Source of the DNA: Centroscyllium fabricii
Lineage: Eukaryota
NCBI GenBank assembly: GCA_051313645.2
Contig: JBNRSN020000008.1
Location: 66,650,001-66,714,000 of the forward strand
Direction of reading: 5' to 3'
DNA: 64,000 nucleotides
Shown here: in pieces, positions 35,431 to 46,592 of the stretch
How the letters are laid out: every line of letters begins with the position of its first letter
Position numbering within the stretch: position 1 is the stretch's first letter
Translations under genes and position numbers: made by a program
The notes under the pieces: model-generated
What the model saw: the letters and a program-made list of their open reading frames with translations, nothing else
The model's database searches: none
Told to the model about the DNA's origin: nothing

Positions 35431-38400
35431 ACTTGAATGTAATCCAATCTCCACAAACCCTACAATCTATCGGACGGAACAAGGGCAAAAGTGGAACTTA
35501 GGACATTAAATGTACAAAAGCTTTTGCCAAGAAGCCCCAATAGAGTTTCTTGACTACGGCATGACAAACAAAGTACTGTTTTCAGATGAGATGTTACACC
35601 GAGGCCTCACATGCCTGTTCTGGTAGGTGGGGCTTCAGTTTAAAGTCACATACAAATGCTGGCCGGAGCACCAGACGATCCCGCTATTCAAAAAATAGAG
35701 TTCTCCTGGTGCCCTGGCCAACACTGCTCCCTCAACCAACACAACAAAGTATTGACCAGTTATTCATCTCATTTGCTGTTTGTGGGACTTTCTTGTGTGC
35801 ACTGGCTGTTGCATTTGCCAAATAACAACTGTGAAGCACTCGAGACATCCCAAGGACATAACGCACTATATAATGCAAGTTCTTTCCATCAGGATTTGGT
35901 GCTAAGCAGGGATCGCCTTACTAAGGAAGCCACCCCACATCCCAACCACTGTACACAAGAGCCACATTCTGAACCACCCTTCACTTACCAATTGCAGACA
36001 AGACCATTTATCAATTGTAGACCAAGTTGAAACAAACAAAATAAACTCCAAAGCGCAGATTAAACACAATTTGGGAGCAGAAAGGGAAGGGAAATTTTAT
36101 GTGGAGATTGAGTGTTTGTCATACGTGTCTGTTGATGCATGTATTCTAATAACCTGGGTGCTAGATCCTGAGTAAGCTTTAACTGCAGCTAGAATTCACA
36201 CCCCAATACATTTCCTTCACAATTCCAAAATACAAGCCATTTTCATTTGGCACTGTAGATTTTTGAAGCAGAAACTTTCAGCGGTTATAAAAGGTATCCA
36301 CCACTAAGGGAAAACATCTTGCACAATTACGCTGGCCTTCTCAAGAACTCTCAAGTATAGCATGCTAAAACCAATGCCAAATTTGGCTTTTTCCCTGTTA
36401 TAACAGATCCCATATGTATGCGATCTGAATGGGTCAACTGGCACTCAGCCACATCCAAGGATTTCTTGGCCAGTCTGGGGTTCTAAAACAACTGCCTTTT
36501 ACTCTTCTGCAAACATGAATGATCTTGGGTGCAATAGAAGAGGCAAATGAGGTTTGCCATCAAATTCTATACCTGAACTATCCACGCCTGCAACAAAATA
36601 GTCAGCTTCTCGTCTGAAATGTAGTCATAATATCCCTTGCTGGAAAACCCCACCTGTCAAAAGAGCTGAGCTGTCTCCTGATAGTGTGTCTGTTGGTGCA
36701 GCCGAATTGTCCCTCCTCAGAGCATCCACAGCGACATTCTGCACGCCTTCAAGCTGTTGAGCAGAAAGGACTGAAGTTGTGACACAATTGCCATATCTGC
36801 ATGGTAGCGAGACAAAAGTCAGGAATAAGTCACATCCTGCTTGTTTGCATATCTCATTAGGTGGTATCATCTATACAAACTCTCCCTAATATGCTGATCT
36901 CATCACAGGAGAATAGAGCTAACGAAGATCTGGAACTCAAAGTCTATTTGTGTGCAAAGAAGAATGTGGCTGAGCAAAGGTGTGTGCTCTTGCTCCTTGC
37001 ACACGGGCAGCCCGCGCCGTGAGGTCATCCTGGTGATAGACAGGGCGTGTACAGCCACAATCTGCTCAACATATTTGTCTCAAGACCATCCTCTTCAGGG
37101 ATCAACTACCTCCTGTCTGATTGGTGGTCTGGTCTCTGAATCAAAGGGAATCACGGCACCACTGTACAAAATAGTTCCAACGGCATTAAACGGTCTTTCA
37201 CCAATATCATGATAAAAGTTTGCTCATCAACCCCAGGACCGAAAGTTTCTTGACAGGAAACTGTCCTGAGAAAGTTATTGCTTCAAACCTTGAGGGAGGT
37301 TCTGAAGTGTAAGATACCAATCTCATTTAGAACGTTCCTCGAGCATATAAACTTTTATTGCAATTGTGCAGTTCTTTCAACTTCTCACTGGGAAAGTAAC
37401 GGGTTTGTCCTGAAAGGATGATTTATACTTAACCAGAAGATGGACTGCAGCACAGAAGGTCCAGGACAGTTGAACAATAAGATTTCTTCAGTAGGTAGTG
37501 GGCTTCTGGACAGTTTGTCAAGCCTGTGTAACACCCAAGTTCTCTCAAACCATTCTGGTAGATGTCCACATAAGTACTGGGACTGGAACACATGGAATGC
37601 AGCAAGATCCACAAAAGCCATGATAGAATCTGTACTTGTGGCAGACTTCTCTGGAAAGTGGACCAAATAAAGGTATTACAGGTAAACTGATTGAGGCACT
37701 AGTATATAAAATGAGGAACCTCATATTTCTTGTCCCATTAAAAAGGACATTGCTATAGGTATACAAGTCATTTGCATTGCTAACTTAAAGCCAATGCTAA
37801 TCAATCGCTATGCAAGCTATGGCAGCATCTGGATCAACTGATAATTGTGCTGTTCAAGCACATTGACTTCTCCAATACATTAATCTTTGGGTTTGTGCCA
37901 GACATAGAAACATAGAAGATAGGAGTAGGCCATTCGGCCCCTCGAGCCTGCTCCGCCATTCAATGAGATCATAGCTGATCATCCAAATTCAGTACCCTGT
38001 CCCTGCTTTCTCCCCATACCCCTTTAGCCTTAAGAAATATATCTAATTCCTTCTTAAATATATTTAATGAATTGGCTGCTACCGTCTTCTGTGGTAGAGA
38101 ATTCCTCATTTCTGTCCTAAATGGCTTATCCCTTATCCTTAGGCTGTGACCCCTGGTTCTGGACTTCCTGACCATCGGGAACATCCTTCAGCAACTGTAC
38201 AGCCTAGAAGTTGGGCAACTTGGTGACAGGAAATGTAGGAACATGGGTAGATCGTAATGCATTCCCACCAACTGAGTCAGTGAAGAATGAGACTCGAACA
38301 GGTAACATTGTGGTCTGTTCTTGAACATAAATTCTCTTTCTCGCTGACTGTATATTTCTTCAGTGAACTGGAATTCAATGTCACCTCTTCAAGAATCATC

Positions 38401-40233
38401 AAGGGAAGCCATTTTGACCCGAAGGATTTCCTTCCATCAAATCTGGTACTTATGCCAGATCCTGCTGCCAGGTTTACAATAGGCTGCACAACTCTGGAAA
38501 TTGTGTTACACTGATTGAAATGCATGTCATGACAATCCAAGGAAAGAGCCACAAAGATTGCAGATCTTGAATCCAGGTGTCAAAGACAACTTAACCAGGG
38601 TGAAAAATAACCCATCTTGATCAATCAACTTTGAACATGAAAACAAAGAAAGCTGCTTCAGGTGGAAAGAGTACTTAGTATATCGAAAATACGCAAACTT
38701 CAGAAACTTTTCTGCAGAATTAAAGTGAAATGCCATTGACAACAGGAGGAAAAATCAGTGCGCGCTGTGGTTCATAAAGGATTCCTTATATACAATGGTG
38801 ATGGGAACGGCCATCTGGCCAACATAGCCCCAATCTCCAAGGAGCCTCAAGTAATTTTTCCCATCTGATGGCAGAGTGATTTCATGTTCACATAAATGGG
38901 GTAAAGTCTGCCTATTTGGTTTCAGGTGCAGCTTGATATAAATATTGGATTCTGCCAACATAGTTCCACACTGGCACCAGGTAATTTCCCGTCTCCCTGA
39001 GCCATTATTGGGCTTTCAGCTCAAGCACTGAAGTAAATAGCAATTTTTATAAAATCCTTGCATTTATAGAACACCATATCACACTGAAATGTCTCATAGT
39101 GCTTCACAGAACAAATTACTTATGAATTAGTGACTCTTGTACACAAATGACAAAAAGATTATTGGCATTTACTTTTCTTGCATTTAACCAAAATAAGATA
39201 AAAACAAATTCTTATCCGGTTTCCTGACCCCGTTCTTGGTATTTTTAATGTTTCTGCCTATATTCTCTCTTTTTAAAAAAAATGATTTTTACCTTCCTTC
39301 TGGTTATCTGCCCATTTGAAAGACCGTTTTTTTCAGCTAGTCAGAAGGCTAGAATGTATTACAAATACGACATGATCAATCTTTAACGCATAAAACTGTG
39401 CCAAGCACAGGAGCAACTCTGCTGTGTGTATAATTGGCAGCAACCAGGATACGTAAACTTATTCACAACACGGATTAATCCACAGGACTAACAATGCATG
39501 TTGCATGACCATAAACTGACAGACCATACTGATCTGTTAATAAAAAAAAAACTAAAAATATACTCTAACATACACAAATGGGTGTTTGGTGGTGGCAACT
39601 TGGAAAAAGCTTGTATAAGCAGCTTTTGCTGTGTGGATGCACTGTGCAGTAGGCACATGTTGTCTTTTAAAAGCATGTGCCTACTTTTAAAAGCATTCAC
39701 ACATCCATGTACTGCTCTTAATTTTGTAAACTATGAGCCTGCAAAGGGCTCAAAGCTCAGGAATTTACTCCCAATTTTGTTGATTCACAATATTCTATAC
39801 TCATTACTTGCAAACAAAACTTTTAAAAAACATTGGTACTTAAGTAACACCAAAATTCACTCCTTGCATGCATATGGTGCCCAACTGTTACAAACTACGA
39901 TTTTGATTTGTGCAGTGTACACTATAAATCTGAAGCCATGACAAAACGATTTCATTGTTCAGAGTAAAATATACTCCACAGGGGCATACTAGAAGCATAT
40001 ACCTGTACTAGTAATTATTGCTAAATAACACAAGACTAATATTTGTAAAAGTGACAAACTATAAAGTCAAAGTATTAGTTGCGAAACTAAAGATGCAATT
40101 AACCAGAGATGTCGGACTCAAAAATTTCCAATGTTATCACTAGATCTTTCAATATCAGGCCTATAATTGATTAACCAATAGTGCTACCTCATTCTGCTCA
40201 GCAGTAAAAGAAAATTAAATAAATACCACTTAC

Positions 40234-40315
40234 ATTTCTATGAAACCTTGTGAAAGAATGTTGCATATAAAATCTGTGCATATAAACAATTGCAGTGTTG
40301 ATAGTCAATTGAGAG
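40234..40315 (-). CDS. CCNT2: Cyclin T2 exon 2
   Basis: SQLTINTAIVYMHRFYMQHSFTRFHRN; preceded by U12 branch site TTCCTTGAC and TAG acceptor; GTAAGT donor. Confidence 0.96.
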
Positions 40316-40821
40316 CTAAAATGTGTGTCAAGGAAAGTGTACCCTAGAGACATTAAAAAAGCATGTTAAAACTTTTTGCTTAAAATTTAATCAAAATGAG
40401 GCATTGATAAAAAAAAAAATTCAATGGAAAATAAAGAATTTTAGATCAGGAAAAACTTAACTGCATCACAGGTGCAATTCAACAGAAAGGAACCGTTTTG
40501 CTTTGCACGCCTGAACTTGAATTTTACACCATCTCTTTGAATTGCACTGTTTATAACCCTAAAGAAAGTTCCCCAGCGTGATTGTGGTAGTCTCAGATTT
40601 ATTCTGCCAATTTCTCTGGAATGTAAAAAGCTCACTCAACAAACTTGCTCTGGGTGGCCTGGGTCACTAATCCACACTACCATTATAAAGTTCCCTTCTC
40701 GATCATTTATGCAATGGATCCACGCAGGTCCACCGCCCCCATTATGATTCTAACATACATAATTGATTAGTTCAGTGGCAATGAAATAAGCTCCCGTGGA
40801 AACTGACCAGCACATGACATT

Positions 40822-42080
40822 AGCCCGGAATTGCAGTCAACAGCAAATGAACAGCATTTGCTGTTACTGGTTTAGCACCGTTAATCCGGCACCCGAAAAA
40901 CCGGCAGCTTCAGACGTCCGGCACAGATTTCCCAGAGTGGTCGGCGCATGCGCAGTGGTGCTCCGCACCGTTGCTAGTCATCCGCAATCCCCGACTGGCC
41001 TGCGCAGCGGCGCTCTTGAGACGCTTCTCGCGCTTTACAAAAAACCTGTACCCGACATGAAGGTGGTCTGTGATGCTCGGGCCCCGTGGAGTGTTGGACT
41101 GGGGCCTTTCCCGAATGCGCACTGGCCCCGACAGCCATTTCGAATGTTCTGAGCATGTGCGCGGCCATTTTGAATGGTCCGCATATACGCTTGGGACAGC
41201 TTCACTCATTCGGGTTTTTCAGTATTCTGGCACGGGCCTGGTCCCGGCCATGCCGGATTAACGGTGCTCAACCTGTATGACCCCATTGAAATATCCTAAC
41301 GCGGAAATCTTGAAGTTGCAGTCCGTCATTCACTGCTCCTCCACAGGCTGCGCTGTGCCCCCAAACCCGACAACCAGTGTAATCTGTCAAATCATGGAAC
41401 TGACAAAAACTCCGGCTCTTCCGCTGTACCTGCCACGGTAATACCGATATGGGGACAAGGCAGGGACAGGGTACTGAATTTGGATGATCAGCCATGATCT
41501 CATTAAATGGCAGAGCAGGCTCGAGGGGCCGAATGGCCTACTCCTACCTTCTATGTTTCTAAATACCCAATTAAAAGTTAGACCCTTTGGATCAGACATA
41601 ACTGGTGTTTTAACAGTGTATTATTGCTAAACAAAGGTTACAGCCTGGAAAATCTAATTTTAATTTTGTGCAGTCAAATTTATCCAATTAATAAAAAATA
41701 ATTTTTAAAGAAACTGAAGAGAAAGTTTAATTTTATTTTTTTAAGTTTGTTCATCTTTAGTTCAGGTTTGCCTTTTCTCCTTTGAGAGCACAATCTTTGT
41801 TTTGCTCTCTACCATTTTTAAAAAGTTAGAATCAAAAAGGAGCTTACCCCACTTCCAGATTTGTGGTCTTGAGAATTCTGCGTTTTGATTGGCTGCTTAA
41901 GACAGCTTTTTCACAGCACAGCAGCTGGTCGCTGGGAATCCCCATTAACTTGCGTTAATTTCAATTACACGTCGGAAAAACCGAACTTTTCGCCAGAGAC
42001 CACGAGATCTTCATGGGAAGCTTACTTCAGGGGCCAGTGGCGAATGCCTTCGCTTTGCCGCTGACCCCAAATTACGGGCC
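40822..42080. mobile_element. Non-autonomous Harbinger-like element with nested MITE and SINE tail
   Basis: Shares internal blocks and the right end (CAAATTACGGGCC) with the 13094-13822 and 7420-8234 copies. Confidence 0.55.
40865..41277 (+). mobile_element. Tigger/pogo-like MITE copy 5
   Basis: TACTGGTTTAGCACCGTTAATCCGG ... CCGGATTAACGGTGCTCAACCTGTA. Confidence 0.75.
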
Positions 42081-42735
42081 AATAATTAATTCTTAGCTAG
42101 GCAGTGGCTAGCAAGACACAGTTTAGACATTAAGAGCCTTCCTATGAAACAATCTAAGTCTTTGGATTGGACAGAAATCTCTAGTTAAAGGAACAGGAAG
42201 AGAAAGCCATCAGAAAGAGACTGTATAGTGCCACTTATTATCTTAGTCATTACAGCATTATGGTACACCCCATTTAAACAAAACTGCCTGCAGTTGTGCA
42301 GCAATGAGAATGCATTATGATAAAGGAGGCCCCCACAATCTGTACCCGAGTTGCTCTTGTAGCATTCTCGGGCAGAAATGGGGAATAAACTTAAGTATTC
42401 AAATCTTGAAATGGGCAAGTCAGCTCAGTTTGAAAATCAATTTATGGAAAGCATATTATGCAGATATACAAATTCTAGCACTGTATGAAAAAAAAAAGGA
42501 CATCAGAACACGCATCATAATCTTGTCGTCATCAAAATTTGGCAGGAACTATGTTGGGGATTTGTAATCCCTGCTGACCTGACCACATTGTTAATAATCA
42601 TGTTACTAAAATTGAATGTCACAATTAAATATTATTTAAATATATTCTTAAGTAATTTGTTTTTAAATATGCTGCTTTAGATGAAAACAGAGCCAGCCAG
42701 TCACCTTCACTTAGCTACAGATCACTTTTGGCCAA

Positions 42736-43806
42736 TACAGGTTGAGCACCGTTAATCCGGCACGGGCGGGACCAGGCCCGTGCCGGGAAATGGAAAAAAC
42801 CGGGAGAACGAGTTTGGACACTGCGCATGCGCACCAGTCACAATGGCAGCGCGCATGCGCGCAACATTGGTATTGGCTGGCGCGCGCATGCGCAGATCGT
42901 CCAATATTGGCCGCCGCGAAGTTTTTTGATGGGCTCAGGCTTTTGTGGTGTTCCGTTTAGGTTTTAGGGCTGTCGGGCAGCAGTGAAAGGCCGGTCTTGC
43001 GGGGGGAGGCAGGAGGGTGGCGTGGCGTGGCGCGCGGGGGGAGGAAGGCGCGGGTCCGGGGGGGGGGGGGGAAGGCGCGGGGGGGGGAGAGAGGAAGGCG
43101 GGGGGGGGGGGGGGGAGGAGGAAGGCGCGGGTCGGGGGGGGGGAGAGAGGAGGATGGCGCGGGTCCGGGGAGGGGGGAGGAAGGCGCGGGGGGGGGGGGG
43201 GGGGAGGGAGAGGAGGAAGGCGCGGGTCCGGGGAGGGGGGAGGAAGGCGCGGGGGGGGGGGGGGGGGGGGGGGAGAAGGAGGGTGGCGCGGGTCGTCGGG
43301 GGGGGCAATTTATCCAATCCCGTTTTGCTCTAAGAGGTCACACGGCGCCAGGCTGTGGTCCAACGGTTTTAGTTGGGGTCACGGGCTTTCGGAGCGCCGC
43401 TTCCCCGTCAGGTGATGGGGGAGCGGCGCTCCGAAGGTCCGTGATTTCGAGTGGGACTTTTGGACTACAGCCTGGTGCTGTGTGGCTTCTTACAATTGTC
43501 CATCCCAGTCCAACACCAGCACCTCCACATCATGGCTTCAATTACAGTTATCGATAAAATAACCGGCTCCCGTATTGAATTATCTGCGCATGCGCTAACC
43601 TTCAGGCGACGCATGCGCAGATCATTCAAAACACCCGCAGCTGTTTTGAATGATCTGCGCATGCGCTCGGCGCATGCGCAGATCGTTCGTTGAAGCCACG
43701 ATGGCGGCTGCCATTTTGCGCATGCGCAGTGCAGTCGGGGCAATTTGTGCCGGCAGACTGAAGCTGCCGGCTATTCGGTTACCGGATTAACGGTGCTCAA
43801 CCTGTA
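42736..43806 (-). mobile_element. Tigger/pogo-like MITE copy 6 with G-rich repeat and hypermutated Penelope hairpin cargo
   Basis: Perfect TIR TACAGGTTGAGCACCGTTAATCCGG / CCGGATTAACGGTGCTCAACCTGTA; end modules match copies 1 and 2 in reverse orientation. Confidence 0.85.
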
Positions 43807-44173
43807 TTATGAAACATTACACTCAGATTAACAGTCAGTAGGGACCTCATTTTTCATGGGCTGTATCATTAACAGCAGCAGGGTTGATTTTTTTAATTAA
43901 CCATGGGGAAAGAGCAGGGGAGTGGGATTAATTGAAATAAAACCAGAAAATGCTGGAAACACTCAGCAAGTCAGGCAGCATCTGTGGAGAGAGAAACAGA
44001 GTTAACGCTTCAGGTCGATGACCCGAGTGTTCCCAACATTTTCTGGTTTTATTTCATATTTCCAGCATCTGCAGTATCTTGCTTTTGTATTAGTGGGATT
44101 AATCGAATCGCTCTCCCAAAGAGCCGGCACTGGAATGATGGGCCAAATGGCCTCCTTCTGTGTTGTAGCGTTG

Positions 44174-44786
44174 TACAGGTTGAGCACCTGTAAGCCGGCA
44201 CCCGATGGCCCGGCACCTTCAGTGGTCCGGCACGAATCGAAACCGGCGGTCTTGTTTGCGGAGCAGCCGCTCAGCGGTGCCACCGTTTCATAGAATCCCT
44301 ACAGTGCAGATAGAGGCCATTTCAGCCCATCGAGCCTGCACCGACTCATATCCCACCCTATCCCCATAACCCCACGTATTCAATCCCCCTAACACTAAGA
44401 GTCAATTTATCCTGGCCAATCAACCTAACCCGCACATCTTTGGACTGTGGGAGGAAACCGGAGCACCCGGAGGAAACCCACGCAGACACGGGGAGAATGT
44501 GCAAACTCCGCACAGATAGTACCCGAGGCTGGATTTGAACCCGGGTCTCCAGTGCTGTGAGGCAACAGTGCTAACCACTATGCCACCGTGCCGCCCAAGG
44601 GTGGGCGAGCGCCGAAGGCGTTGGGGTTGCTGCTTTTTTAGGTCTTGTAAATATTCTATCCCCGGGCTCCCACCCGGGGAGTGTTCTACCCGCGTGCTCC
44701 CCCCGAACCTTCAGTGGTTCGGAATTTTCAATGGTCCGGCACCGGCCTGGTCCTGAGGGTGCTGGATTACCGGTGCTCAACCTGTA
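44174..44786 (+). mobile_element. Tigger/pogo-like MITE copy 7 containing an inverted V-SINE (44289-44596)
   Basis: TACAGGTTGAGCACC ... GGTGCTCAACCTGTA; SINE head and V-domain on the - strand. Confidence 0.8.
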
Positions 44787-45079
44787 CCATGATAAATCAT
44801 CTCATACCATATCTGTGGCATAGACAGTTATATTTTACATTTCTCTCTTATGGGACAGATGGGCAATAGTGATACAAGAGCTAAGGATAGGTGGCATCGC
44901 ATGACTAGTAGAACAGTATTTTTTTCCCCAATTCTGCTACATGCTCCTCATTCATTTAAAAACAAACTTCACAGTACAACTCTGCATCAATTCCCACGTT
45001 AAAGTCTGCAAACATGCAGGCACAACTGAAGTCGCGCGGATGCTTCCTCGGGAGCCCATGAGGTTAGATCAGTTTAAAG

Positions 45080-45310
45080 TGTAAGAAGTCACACAACACC
45101 AGGTTATAGTCCAACAGTTTTATTTGAAATCACAAGCTTTCAAGGTGAAAGAGGAACCTGAGGAAGGAGCAGACGCTCCTTCCTCAGGTTCCTCTTTCAC
45201 CTTGAAAGCTTGTGATTTCAAATAAAACTGTTGGACTATAACCTGGTGTTGTGTGACTTCTTACAATTGTCCACCCCAGTCCAACACTGGCACCTCCACA
45301 TCATGGCTAG
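45080..45310 (+). mobile_element. Penelope-like fold-back fragment, 91-bp perfect inverted repeat
   Basis: Arms 45080-45170 and 45175-45265, loop AGAC; flanked by direct repeat AGTTTAAAGT. Confidence 0.8.
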
Positions 45311-45329
45311 AGTTTAAAGTGTGGCGTGG

Positions 45330-46230
45330 TGAGCAGCTTCCTTGCCGGCCTGGCCCCGGCAGCCATGTTGTCTTTTGTGCCCTGTTGCACCACCTGTTCC
45401 AGTTCCAGCCTGCCGGGGCCCTCCGCGCAATTCACCCCCTCCTCCCCCCAAATGATCCGAGTTGAAGAGTGGAGAATAAGAAAAGGGACCATTTTACACT
45501 CGGGAGGCAATTCCTCTCCCTTTCCCGCCTAAAAAATAAATCTTAACCCCCCCCTCCCCGAAAACATATTCGTTTCCCCGGCGGGATGCCAGGTGCCGCC
45601 AAAAAACGCCGACCGCAAAAGCGCGTTGGGCCCTGAGCCTAGGCCTCTCAGCCTGGAGCTTTCGCCGCGTGTCGCTGTCGGAATTCTCCAGCAAACGGGC
45701 CCCCGGGGTAGGGAATAGAAATGCACCCGCTCCCGCTCGGCTACTTTTACTCACTGCCCCCGGCCCCTCCAGCCGGACCGGGCCGGGCCCTCCAGCCAGG
45801 CGCCGCCATGTCAGGCCTCGCGCTCCCTCCGCCGACATTGCTAGAATTTTTTTTTTAATCGCTTCGACTTGGTGGGGGTGGGGGAAAGGATACACGTTGA
45901 GCCGCTGCCCCATGTCCTGGACCAGGTTGGCGGCCTGCTGCCGGTACGAGAGCTCCTTGTCGGTGTCGATGCCGCAGCGCCGCGACGGCGTGCTCTCCAG
46001 CTGCTCCCGGGTGAAGTACCATTTCGGCGAGGGGGCTGAAGCTGCCATTTACCCGACACCCCGACCGCCGCACCGCGCACGCGTACTGCCGCCCGCACCG
46101 CCTGCGTCTGCGCGCACAATCACCGGAAGTCATGCCGCCGGTCCATTCTGGCGTCACAGGAAGCCCGCCTGGCGCTGCATGCCGGGACTTGTAGTCAGCC
46201 AGCTCAACAACAAAAAAAGGGGCAGCGGCG
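45330..46230 (-). promoter_or_regulatory. CCNT2: CCNT2 CpG-island promoter
   Basis: CpG-rich region spanning exon 1; ETS/GABPA site CCGGAAGT 46123-46130; half-CRE plus ETS 46151-46163; ZNF143-type motif ACTACAAGTCCCGGCATGC on the - strand at 46177-46195; no TATA box seen. Confidence 0.8.
45894..46048 (-). CDS. CCNT2: Cyclin T2 exon 1
   Basis: ATG in CpG island; [26 protein letters not shown]...QDMGQRLN(V); ends at U12-type donor GT|GTATCCTTT. Confidence 0.96.
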
Positions 46231-46592
46231 TCAAGGATTTCAACACAGAAAATGCTGGAAGGACTCAGCAGGTCACGGTAAGCATCTATAGGGGGAAAAA
46301 AACCAAAGTTCAGGTCGATGACCTTTCGCAAAGAACTGGAAAAAGTGGAGGATGTGTAACAGGTTTGAAGGAAGGGAGGGAGGAAGAGGAGGGCTGGGAA
46401 AGAAGGGGGAAGGAGAGGAAAGAACAAAAGGAAAGAAAGGTCTTCGCTCGGGTGGATGACAGGAGTGATTGAATGACAAAAGGTCTGATTGTGCAAAGCA
46501 AAAGGAGATGTTAATGGGACAATTAAAGAAACACAAGATGACTGTAGAGGAGGTGAAAATGGGAATGGTGGAATCATCAACAGAAAAAATAG

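Larger units (their letters stand above)
40316..45893 (-). other. CCNT2: U12-type (minor spliceosome) GT-AG intron 1 of CCNT2
   Basis: 5' splice site GTATCCTTT; branch site TTCCTTGAC at 40335-40327 with the branch A about 12 nt from the 3' splice site; no polypyrimidine tract. Confidence 0.92.

Noticed and set aside
45080-45265. Hairpin as a miRNA gene or intrinsic terminator
   Set aside because: Arms derive from a Penelope terminal repeat present several times in the window; a perfect 91-bp stem is unlike a canonical pre-miRNA, and Rho-independent terminators do not apply here.
45494-46580. Long overlapping ORFs (184, 267 and 241 aa) around CCNT2 exon 1
   Set aside because: Only 46048-45894 matches cyclin T; the rest is GC-rich CpG-island or repeat sequence that is poor in stop codons.
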